From Ascidiella aspersa (taxonomy: Eukaryota), in assembly GCA_963924565.1 (NCBI GenBank), contig OZ004615.1, forward strand, positions 18,042,001-18,106,000: DNA of 64,000 nt, given 5' to 3'. Position 1 is the first letter of the stretch; every line of letters starts with the position of its first letter. Below are positions 24,901-37,348 of this stretch, in pieces. The notes under the pieces were generated by a model. The model was not told the origin of the DNA and did no database searches. It was given only the letters and a program-made list of their open reading frames with translations. A program made the translations under genes and the position numbers.

Positions 24901-27900
24901 GCCCGATTTGGTTTTACAAAAAACGCTTTTAATCTATTTGTGAGCTTTAAGGATGGAGAATATGTTTCTATAGGGACCTAACGTTTATGCAGGATAAACT
25001 CCAACTGACATTAAAATGATAAACGGAGGTTTTCCAGGGTTATAATAACGTTCAAATATCGCTCAACATCGGCTGAAATGTCAACACTTGAATTTGACTT
25101 GGTTTGCTATTACATGGACTTGGTATTTAATAAAAATGTCTTAACGTTGACTTAAACTATTTGCAAAAGACTTGAATGGGGCTTAAAGTCAAATTAAAAT
25201 AACTTGTTTGCAACACTGACTGGTTTCAGTTGTCATCGTCATGATTTTCTAGCGACTTTAAAACAAATGTGCTAAAACCGAACCGGATTTCAATCAGCAG
25301 CAGCAGCAGTATAACAGAAGCCATCACGGCAAGTCACGCGCAAAAAGAAGTAGCGAAGTCATCTCGCGTTGCAGTTAATTGCGACGGCGCTAACCTGTCA
25401 GAACCCTGTCGCCCGGGCGAGTCCTTAAAACAACATGACAGGGCGAACGTCAGGCGTCGGACGCTGGATAATTGCATGACTGCCGGCTGCATTATTCATC
25501 TTATCACAACACGGCAAGGAAGCGTTGGCTTCCATTTTAGCGCCGTTGAGACCCCACAAGGTGGACCTTTCGACCCATTTTGTTCGTCACAATAAAAAAA
25601 CGTCTGCACTATCCTTTTACTGTCACGTAACTTAATTAAAGCTGTGTTTGTTTAAACTAGAAAATATATACTAAAAACGTATAGACACACGAACTTTACA
25701 CAACCTGAGTATATTTAAAAACTGCACTGTTTTTTTCCTAACGGTGTAGGGCAGCTGTATCGTGCTACTGAAATTAAACACTTTTAAATATACCAATTGC
25801 GTAAGATGCTACAAACGCACATCCTATTGTCTATTGACATTTATTTAGTCTCCTGGGTCTAAATGCGATATCATTTACGTCAACAAGATGGTGGGAAAAT
25901 CTATTTTCGTCAGGAGAAACGTAGGTACATTTTGTAGCCGTAATGTGAAATTAATATGACTTAATTTAAATAAGTTATGTTCGGAACCTGCTTTTTAAAT
26001 TAAAAAAATCGTTTCAATTAAACTCTTTTGCATCAAACTATCTGTGTAACCAAAACGCCTATGCAAATACATCAAACCGACTAAGTTATACACAAGATAA
26101 AAACTGAAAATATTTTCTTTAACTATCAGGCGGACTTTATTGCTCACAGATGACCTGACGAAGAGTAACAAACTTTGCAACATTGCTTTTGCATTTCTGC
26201 AGCTTTAGGTTACAGGAGTCATAAAAACAAGCGAGTTCCTGTTAGAATTACCACTTTCGGCGTTTGTAAAACAGCGTAAAACTTTACGCCTTCCGTGCTG
26301 CGATTCGAGGTCATTACAACTTTATGATTTATCTCTCAAACTTTTTCCCTGAAAAAATCAAAGGTATAGTTTTTAGATCTTTGTTGAAAACATATAAACA
26401 TCTGCTATGTTTTAATAAAGAATGACAAACCGACTACAGGTATTACCAATAGTTTCGTTTGAATATTACCCACAAAGTAACTAAAAAATCTCTTTTGTTG
26501 TAAAATCTGTTTACGTATACTAATGCTTACGTTATATTTAGAACATAACGCTAACTGTAAAATTCTACGCAAACGTCCTAAACACTGCCCCCTGTTGCAG
26601 TCCACTGCGCGTCCATATCTGTATCTGTCTTACCGCTGTCCGTAGTTACCTGATGAAGGAAATTACGCTCATTATAGGATTACGTTTTGTCCTCCGTGTT
26701 ACATTACAACTCGGAGCGGCGGGGCGGCCACTTTAATAGACGCAGGAAAAGTCATTAGCAAGACGAATGGCAAGCGCAGTCCAGTCCATTGCTGACTTCG
26801 ACTTTAAAAAAGGTTTAAATTCTTAAAAATAACACTACTCTGACAGAAAACGAAAAACAAATTCGATTTAAATAAAATATTGCCGACGTATTCAAATTGT
26901 CAACTCTTAACCTGGTCTTATAACCGATTAAAAAAACGATTTTCATTTTTTCGGTTGTGCTGCGAATTTTAGTTTACATTAATTTACCGTGCCAACGACT
27001 TTTATTGAGTTTTCATATTTCCAATATCTTTGGCAAAGCTTGTTCTAACAAATAAAGACAGATTTCTTCAATTAAAGTCCTGGCCATTCAAGGAATTGCG
27101 TTTTTAAAGCCTTTGTCAATTTATTGTTTTCCAATTTAAAAAAAAAACGCATTATTTACTCAGACACTCAGCGTCCAATTCCACTGGAAATCGCACTATA
27201 AAACCGATATCATAGAATCTCTGTTTTCACCAACACGACTACAACGCTAAACTGCCAAGCGACATTCTAGGGATTCTTCGTTCAAAGATGGCGATTGCAC
27301 CTTGAAGCGAACATGCATTTGCGGGTGCATCTTTTATCTCGATCGGATCACGTAACGAGATGGTCACGCTAAATCAAGTGGCAACTTTCCCGGATGGTTT
27401 CGCCTAGAAACCATTTCGCGGGCATTTGTGGCACGACGTTGGCCGTTTCCCCGAAATTTCGACCCGAGTCGGTCTCCAGATGCACTTAGACTTGACAGCA
27501 TCACATTAAAAAAATATCAGACCCCGCATTTCGGACATTTCTTACACGCCGACGGACCCTCACTTAATCGATCATTGAAGCGCTTTTAACCACCTACGAA
27601 GGGATTGTTGATACGTATATAAGATACTGTTCGTTAAAACTGTGTCTTTAAACTTATACAATGTTTTCAGTTACATAAATGAAAGCAGGGATTAAATTAT
27701 AGTCGCAAAACGTCAAATTATTTATTTTTTGAGTATGCGAAACTTGCCAAAACCACAAGTGCAAATACTCATTTTGAACACTTTTTCCATTTAGCTGATT
27801 TGGCCTTATGAGAAACATAGCCCATAGAAAGATTAGGAGAAAAGCACATAGAAAGGGCATTTAATTACAACTAGATGTATCTATCGGTTTAGGCATATAC

Positions 27901-30900
27901 CGTGGAAATTTTGTAATAAAATAACCTAAAATGAAATAAATGAACAATCCAATCTTTATACAGGTAACCGAAGGTTTGGATATTAAATGGAAACTTAAAT
28001 CTGTTGCTTTTGCTTCAAATATTTTTTAAACGAAACAAGCAAAATGTCACCAGGATGCCTTTCGGCGTAATATATTTTTCTCTTTAAAAATGATTGACTT
28101 TTATTACGACAGGAAAGTCCAAAGAGTGTTGGCTTATATGTCATTGTCGTCATTTATTGCAAGGGCAAGGAGATTTTTATCAACATTTAATTTGCTATTT
28201 TGATTTCGGTTTATTTTCAGAGGAACCGCTTAAAACGGGAAGCAATTGATGTCGGCGCGATTAAAACAATAGCGCGTGACAATACGCCCTTCGCCACTAA
28301 CGTTCGCGAGGTGTAAAAACAACAATTTCCCATTCTCAAATCGCTTTGAAGCCGTGCCGCCATCACAAGCGGCAATCGCTTGCCATATTTTGTTTACATT
28401 CGAAGTCCTGGCTGGAAAACTACGATTGTGACGTCACAGTAAGTGCCAGTAATTTGACACGTGACCCTGAGTGTTGTCACTTGGCACCACGGAGGCGTCA
28501 GTAAGGCGAGCGGATCAGAGCGGCCGTAAATATACGGACACGGAACTGCGACCGCGGTCATCATTTACGCAGCGAAATTCCTGATCATTTAGTGTTATCG
28601 ATAAGTGAACATACAAGTAGATATTTAACGAAAACAAATTTTTTTTCTTATATGCCCAAAACTTTTAAATTAAAAAACATACTTATAGCAACAAAGCATA
28701 ACAGGGGGACACTGTACTTCGCTTTGGGTTGTTAAATTAACTTTCTGTAGCTTCCTAAAAATCCAAAAGCTGAATATTTTACAATATTTCATTGTCAGTT
28801 TATTGCCGAACGCAGCATCCATTCACGACTCGGACGTTTTAGTTGCACTTACGGTTTAGCTAGGGATAAAACGGTTAAGGTTTTGTTTGAGTGAGGGAGA
28901 ACACTTATCCCAGTTTTGAGTGGCAATACGTGTATCGTTTTATCAAAACAATAAAATCTCGAAATGCTGGCCTCAAATCGAATACTGCTGTTGTTACTTG
29001 CTGTCTCTCACTATGATGTAGTATAGATGTTTTATAAATTGACTATAGTCAAACGAGTAAAACACAAAATTTCAGTCAAGTACTTTATTATTAATCAACA
29101 TTTTTCGTATTCTTTGCTTGTTAAATCCAATTATTATGAGACTATTTGCCTCAAATCAACAAAAAACAAGTATTATGACTCTAATAATCGCGGTGTACAA
29201 AAAGGTGTCCTGTTTGTAACTCACATGCTAAAGTGGAAATAAATTTACTTTTAACATACAAAATATTCGAAAGTTACCTAAAACCCAATGATTTCTAAGT
29301 CCACAAGAAATTTCCGTCGCCTGGCCAGGTTACTCAAGCCCACAGTTGTCAGGGGCAACCTTAATTTGGAGTGCCTCGTTTGTACGTCATCAATGGCAAA
29401 TGGCAAGCAGGTGTTTGTGACGACACAGTGGCACTCGGATATTGTAACAATGGCCGCGCGAGAGCTGTGCAATGATTGGCAAAACCGGCTAAAGGGGGGA
29501 AATTTACTGGAAACAAATACTCTGCTAGGTTTACAACAAGGACTAGAAAGCACCAAAATTTTGAAAGAAAAGCATTAGCTTTCGATTTATTTAGATCACT
29601 GGGGCGATGCATGGTAAACGGACCTGCTTCACCCCCAATATATTAACATGCAAGGGCCCCGGGTTTGGCTACGCTATTTGATCCCAGACCTGCGCCTTGT
29701 AACAACAACGCTGCGACCCTCGAAATACCGGCAGCTCGCAATTGTAGCGATGGTGGCGTACGTGCTTGCTGTTGCAATGTGGAATGCCAGACTTGTGAAT
29801 CACTGTGACACTTCTGAGACACGACCATCACCTTTTGCCATTCAAGATTTCACAGTGATTTTAAACGAATCGCACCTGTTGACCGTTGATGGTTCACTAG
29901 ACGTAAACTATTGCAGGCTTACACATTTCTAGGAAGATAACGATAAAAAATACTCCCTAACGGCGATGTTAACCTCCAACTTAATATTATGTTGTTCAAG
30001 ACACGCCAAGGGTTATTTAACTTTAATATTTGAATTTTTGCAAGCAATTTTTATACTATATACACTTTCAGCCATTTTATTTGAAGAAAATAAAAAATTA
30101 CACATTCTAAAATGTTTATGTTAAAACGCTTACAGAGTTACTACATACCGAAGTGGTATGGCATACCTGTAAAAAATATTTTGCCGGTTTGCTTCTTCGG
30201 CAACAATTAAATGCGCACAAATGATAAAAAAACAAAAAAATCGATAGTGATGTGAATAACTCTGCTCGGAACTTTTGAATCCTGTTTTATAACAAAAACT
30301 GTCAAAGATGTAAAAAGTTATACCTGATATTTCTTACCGTATTACTGCCATCTTTATAGCTTAAGCAAACATTGGACATATACTGAGATTAGCTAATTTT
30401 AATCGAAGTGCGCCACACATAGATTTTACATTACAGAAGTTTAAGTTCGATAAAAATAGGCAAATGTGCTAATTATTTGCTTAAAAATTGTGTTAAATCT
30501 AGATTGGCTAATCCAAAAGAGATTGTTTGTCTCGACTTGGTAAAAACACTATGAAGTTCTAACAATTTTTTTTTTATTTAAAAAAAAAACTAACCACAAA
30601 ACATCTGTAGAACAAAATAACTCCCAAATTTTCGCCTAAAAAGTAATGGTTGACGAAACAAACCAACAAATATCTTTGACTATTTTTTCCACTCTTTAAG
30701 TCCCAAGGCTACTTGTCTGGCTGAGACCACATCACACGAGGTATAGCCTTACCGATAGTCGCCTTCGCCATACGTCAGATACGGATGATCTTAAAATCCC
30801 GGGTAACTTAACACTGTCTAACGCTACTGGTCATCGCCGAAGGCTGAGACAATCGCGATTCGTGATACGAGTCGTCATAATAACGACTTGACCCGACGCA

Positions 30901-33900
30901 ATTGCACAACCTTGATCTTTATTTTGAACTGGGCCGCATTGTATTCTCGGCGTTTCGGCGTAAAATTTAAAGATTGCAGGTAGTTAGAGCTGTGCCACCT
31001 GATAAGAGACGTCGGGTAAAAGCATCGATTACGTGATCGAAAACGGTTTATATCGGTTCGGTCGATTCATAAACCCTTTTACAGTATAACATGACACGAG
31101 TTGGTGGAACATATTGGTGCGCTCTATAAGACTCTATTCTTCTTGAAACGAAGTTTTCGTAACCGTTTTGAAAAGATTGACTTAAAACATCACGCGGACA
31201 AACTGTTTCACTCTTACAACAGTGTCTATGATCTCATGATTTGCCATAATATTTTTTTTAACTATGGATGTTTGGTGAAATTCAAAATAGGCTATTTATT
31301 TATATACAGCATCTTTTAAAACAATTTCCGACAACTTATTTTCCTTTCATCAATCTCATTTTTTGTTATCAGGACTGAGATATTCGGGTGCAGTTGAGCA
31401 GCGAACTTTACTCAATCTCCCATAAAGTAATGTACAAACAAATATGATGGTTTGGTTTTGCACTGTTGAAACGATGAGAGATTTTACAACCTACCCGACT
31501 CCATATTAACAGGACATGAACAAAAGAACGATGAAAGTTGTTAAAATAAGAACGCTTGACCAGATCGCTACCTTTCCGGTGTAGGAGACTTACAAGCCAA
31601 CCGATATAATCTTGTTGTATGGAACAGTGATGTAAGCAAAAGGTTTTACAACATTTATATTTGAAATTTAAAATGCGACCGTCGACAAAATCAGGGATAG
31701 ATTAAATACATGTTCAAAAAGGCCGTACACTTGAAAGTTAAAGAATGTCGATTTAATTCACTCTTCTTTAATAAAAAACGCCTGTTTCTCCTGCAATATC
31801 ATCAGGACTACACAGAGCGGTGGATTTTATCTTCGGTTGCTGTTATTGCGGACATTCAATAAAATTGAACAAAAAAGAATAGCTTTTTAAATATTTGTTA
31901 TAATAACGTTTTCGTGCGTTTAAAACTATACGGTATCGTTTGCGTAAATATGCCACAGGCACAAACAACAACGAGCCTGTTTTGAAGCCTCAGGAACCCT
32001 ATGGCTCTGGCATGTTTGATGAACCCCGAGCAGTCTCGGACACTTGGAATGTACCTCATGGGCTAAGGAAAAAAACTTTCTGCTTAAATACAGTTTATCC
32101 TTAAGGCTGCAGATAAAAACTGTAAAATTGCGCGAAAACGTGACACGTTGGTTTTGCTGCATTGAACTGTATATAGTCGACTTATTAGATCTGGCGCTAG
32201 GAAATGCGTGGTGGCGGTGTTTTCTTGTTTACGCCGCGAACGGAACTGACTCCGAAGCCAAAACACGCTTTTGGTTTGCTCGGCTTTCGCGCGCAAGGCG
32301 CCCGGCCGCAAATCCAAATTACGCTCGGATCAAGGAATTAAGGCACACGTAAGGCATTACCGCTTTTTATGAAGCGCGCTACCCGACAGAGACGTTTACA
32401 CGTCCACATTTCGTCTAAGTGTATGCTTATGTTTTCAGTTTACAAACAGATCCTTTCCATTTCCTGTTTAGTGTAGATCGTAACAATTCATCGTGTATAG
32501 CTAAAACACTTTCGTATGGAAGGAACATACCGCAGACAACAAAATGTAACGGAAATATCTTGATGCTTTAAATCAAATAAATATTTCAAATGTGTAAAAA
32601 AATAATTTAATTGTGAAAGGATTTTGTATATAAATATGTAAGTAATTGAAAACATTGTTTAAGCGTTTCTTAGGCTATGAGGTGTTTTTACAACATATGC
32701 CCACTTTATTTGTGTTTACTTCTAATTTACTTTTTAATGTTACTGTAAGATATTCACCGGCGGGCGTTTACAAAATATTTGATGTACATATTGGGGAAAA
32801 AAGCAAGTACATAAGAAAATATTTTTCACTCTTGTTTGTCCTTATCTTTGTCCTTTTTCTGTACAAACTATACGCTGGTACATTGCATAAAAATATAGAT
32901 CCTAGCATTTTTATCATTCAACGACAAATCACTTTTCTTTCACAGTACTATTTTAACACTCCGCTTTTATATCTAAACCTAATTATATGGATCACACTGT
33001 ATGTAATTCGTCTTCCTATAACTAATCAAAACTAAAAGGAGAATTGCGATAAAAAATTGCGCCATTTTTTTAAACAAATATGAGAAAGACACAATATGAC
33101 GTTTATATTATGCTTACATTGCTGTATCATTTCTAGATCTCTTAGCGGGCGGATTAATTGAATTAAGAGAATCCAAGGCAGGTATATAAATATAAAACTT
33201 TCTAAACTTTAGTCAACAAACTTGGCAGCTTAAGATGCCATAACTTTAACATTATTAATTCGAAGGTCAGTTAATCACTTCAAGCGTTAAATGTTTATTG
33301 CGTTATCTCGCAAATTTTGTTGGGGCAAACTCACAAAAGTCTAAACGAAGACCTTTTAAAATGTGTCAGATTAGCATAAAAATTATAATAATAGAACAAA
33401 ATTCCTGCAAAGTGTGTGTCATGAAACGAAAACCCTACAACACGGCGCACTTGCATAACACGCCACAAAACGCTCACAAATATAGCTCGTCCGCAGTTTA
33501 CAACTTATCCTTATCTTATATCATATTCCTGATAAAATTTCTTGCCGCGCCCAAACTAAGCCACTGACAGCATCATACCAACAGCTTTTCCAGCGCCTGT
33601 TTCATGTGCTGCGTCGACGTTAAAACTCAGGTAGCCTACAGCGCACGTGACCCAAATTAAAGGGTTTAAAATATGCTGCTCGTTAGCGACAAATAGTGGT
33701 AAGTTATTATGGACGAATTTTGGTGTGTTAAACAACATGAAAACCACAGCAGCTGTTGAGTATGTCGGATTATTTTAAGCTTTAAATGTGTTTGACATAT
33801 TTAAGCAGTGATAAATGTGAGGAATCTTAAAAGAAAACGACTAAAATTAAAACAATAACTTTAAAAAAAAAATGTAGCGCACCACAAACGAGAATTTAAT

Positions 33901-36900
33901 TACAACATACTTAATCTAAATTCTGTCATTTTTGGATAAAAGGGCTTTCGCTGTTTTTGGCGCACTCGATCGGTCTTCGGACTGGGCTTGTGTGGAATCG
34001 ATATCCAGAGATTCCGAAAGCATAATTTTTTTAAAACTGTGGAAGTTGGTTGCCGATTGCACCGACGCCCGACATTCTTAATTTTTATTTGCATGTGCTA
34101 GTTGCTTTTTGGCACGGATTAGAGTCAGAAAGCGTTTGCTAACTTTTGTAATAAATAAATCTTTTAGCAATAACTTTGTATCTAGAATAGTAATATTAGA
34201 CATTAAAGTCGACGTGACAAATAAGGCCCCAAATTTGTAATCTTTTTTACATTAAAATTGTAAAAGCTCGCTATATTTCATAGATTTTCGTGATGATAAT
34301 TTAACTAATTTCTTTGTAGTTATCTGTCATACTTCCGAGCTGAATATTCTGCTCGTTAAACTGTGTTCAATATATAATTTTTGCTAGCCCAAATTAGTTT
34401 CGTAAGACAACTGAAAAGGTTTAGTTAAATAAAAAACGGTATGATGGTTTAGTTTTGGACATCCAATAAATGCGCACGGTTTGGGGATGCAAATCGTAAA
34501 CAATGGCTAAGGAGAAGCACTGTGAATAAAAACATTAGTTGAGTGATGTTAAGAAGCTAATTAAGGCAGGCCTATATATGAAGCCATGTGGTACGAACAA
34601 ATGATGTAATTACTTCATGGTTATCTTTGGAAATGTAACAAGATAAAATTTAAGTTGAAGTAATATATATGTATCTAGGTTTATTTTTATGGTTTGATTA
34701 ACCCTGGTTAGACCTTTATGGTTTGATTAAATGTGTATGTCACTTAGTTTTCTAGCAATCTTTCACGTTTAAACAATTTTAATGTACTGTACGCTGCTAT
34801 TCGCAAGTATAGAAGGAAACTATTTTGATATTTTAGTACACTAATGGTGAAGCAAATTAACAACCTTTTTATCGGAGCGTTTTTTTAGAAATTGTGGGAT
34901 AAAGAGCCTTTAAGTTAAACGGTCAAAAATAGTAAACAATAATTAGACCGAACTGCATCGTGTAACTTCGGTTCTACATTCAACTTTTAACGGCCGAGCG
35001 TTGCATCAGGTTAAAAGAATTGGTCACAAATTTATTATCAATACACTCTATTGACGAAACGTAAAACAAGGAAACTTAGTGCAAGGAAGGGAATAAACGG
35101 CGGTAAAAGACGGAAAAGCGCCGCGGAACCGAATGAGGCACGGAACAGCGAAAATAAAGGCGGAAAAAGCGGACAAGGACGGAAGATAAGAAACAGCTAA
35201 AAAGCACGGCTCAATTTCATTGATATGACAGATAAACGAGTATGGTTAGTTTTTTGTATATTTGGAACGTTTGACAACGATTTTTCAGAATATTTGGGTT
35301 GTTTCTACTCATTAAACGTCAGCGAAATATCTGCTACATAAGTAGACCAATGATACAACGAAAACAATACAACATATTACAAGCTGACGGTAATTGTTAC
35401 AAACTTTAGACATTGTTTTGGTTGAAAAAATAGGCTATATTTGGATAGTTCTTAACAAAAACAAAATAAACTAGGTTTTAGCGATCTTTAAACTCCCCAA
35501 AGCTCTGTAACCCAACCTTAAAAAAAATATGATTCGTTGCTTCATAACGGATCGCTATAAATAAAGCTACAAAGAAGTTTTGTGGCAAAAATTAATATTG
35601 GTATTCTCGTTAAGAAACACACAATCGAAGGTGTCAATGAAATGTTTTGCTACAGGTGTCGAATCGGATAAATAAGGTCTGATTACGGCAAAGCCAAACA
35701 GTTTGACTTTATTAGAAAAATACACATAAAAGTTTTCAGCTTCAGGACTTCGTTTTTTTCTATCATTTTTATTGTTTTTACCGACAAAAATAGTCAATTT
35801 ATATATTTACTTATTTTTTAGACAAAATTATTGCGATTGTTTTTTGATCTGTCAAGTTAAGTGCCAAAATTTATTTGCGCGATTCCACAGTTAAAATGTA
35901 AGAATTAAAAAAACATATTTGCAATGGTCGTCATTTTGTGTTTTTTTTTCGATTTTGCGATGGCACAAAAAAATGGACCAGTCCAGTGCCCTTTTATGTA
36001 TGGGAAAAAATTTTTCTCGATGCGGTGATGTTGAAAAATGCGAATAATTTAATATTGCAAATTAAAACGTTTCCCAGTTAAAACTGCTAGCCTGGTGCAA
36101 AACAGGAAGGATGCAAACGATATGAGCTTTTGACCGAATAAAACAAAAGGCGGCATTCAATAGATGTTTCGCACACAAATAGAAGAAAAATTTATCTGAA
36201 CTTTATTCACATTTTTAGCATGAATTTTAACCAAGGATAAGATTTCCCAGAACTTTACCTAATTAACCTAACGAAATAGAATCAAAGGCGATAGATTGAT
36301 TGCCCAAAAGTGCCTTTCTATGCAACCAGCAGCGAAAAATAGGTATGAATCCCTACATAAAGCACTTTATCAATTGCACTCCCACTTCTATGCTCCCGGG
36401 GTATTTCGAGGTTTACGTTTTGCGATTTTTGACAGTCCCATGCGCACGACGGTTTGCCGGTTCCAAAATAGTCGTGAAAACCCGTAAAAAACAACGACAC
36501 CACCAATAAAAATGAACTTGTTACAAAAGGTGAAATACCCTCTTCGGCGTCCAACGACGCGTCATGAGGTTAAAAAACGACGGTTCGTGGCCGTTTTGCT
36601 TTAAACCTGAATCACAAAAAGGCCTGCGACTAATAAACTTTAAACAACTAGCTTCGCTTGTAAAACAATGCCTTAAAAGCAAGATTGATGATCGGCTAAA
36701 GTCAAGAATGATGATGGAAGCTAAAGTCAGGTGTAGTATTGATAGGAAGTTCGGGCAAAACCTGGTGCCACATTGTTGGGAATAATTAAATTAAACTGAA
36801 TTAAGAAACAAAATTTACCTATATTTAGGTACATTGAAAACTATCATTTATGACACAGTTTGGGCACCAAGTCAGAACACTGACGATTTCGACGTATCAC

Positions 36901-37348
36901 TTTTAGACTTTCAAAATTGTAGTGAAAACGGCTATTTCGCGCAGTCAGCCATTTTTACATATCAAACAAAATAATTGCGCTTTTTTGGTAATCGTGGTCG
37001 ATGCCTTAACGATAATGGCTTTAATCTGCCTCTTCACTTTTTGTCAACTTTTCACAGCCTTGTGCCCAGACGAAATTTTCGGTCGAAGATTAGCGAAGCA
37101 AACAAAGAACAAGTTTTAGGCAACGCTTTTGCCTCGTTTCATCTTCTTTTTCGGACAACGATAACGGACTCTTTTCGGATCAGTTCGCCAACCACTACAA
37201 GAACAAAAATCGCCTTCGCCATGCGGGATCATTACGGCAACACCAGAACACATTCGTCGGTTAAACGTTCGAGGCTCTAGACCAGAAGATAGCGACCTAG
37301 AGCGTGTCCGACATCATGCCAGTCGAACGCGGACGGAGCACACCGGGT

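Noticed and set aside
29288-29932. Two adjacent ~95-aa + strand ORFs
   Set aside because: No recognisable domain or splice structure; overlapping antisense ORFs of similar length suggest chance in a GC-richer patch.
30809-30826. TAACACTGTCT resembling the miR-200a/141 5' end
   Set aside because: Only 11 nt match and there is no hairpin partner upstream.
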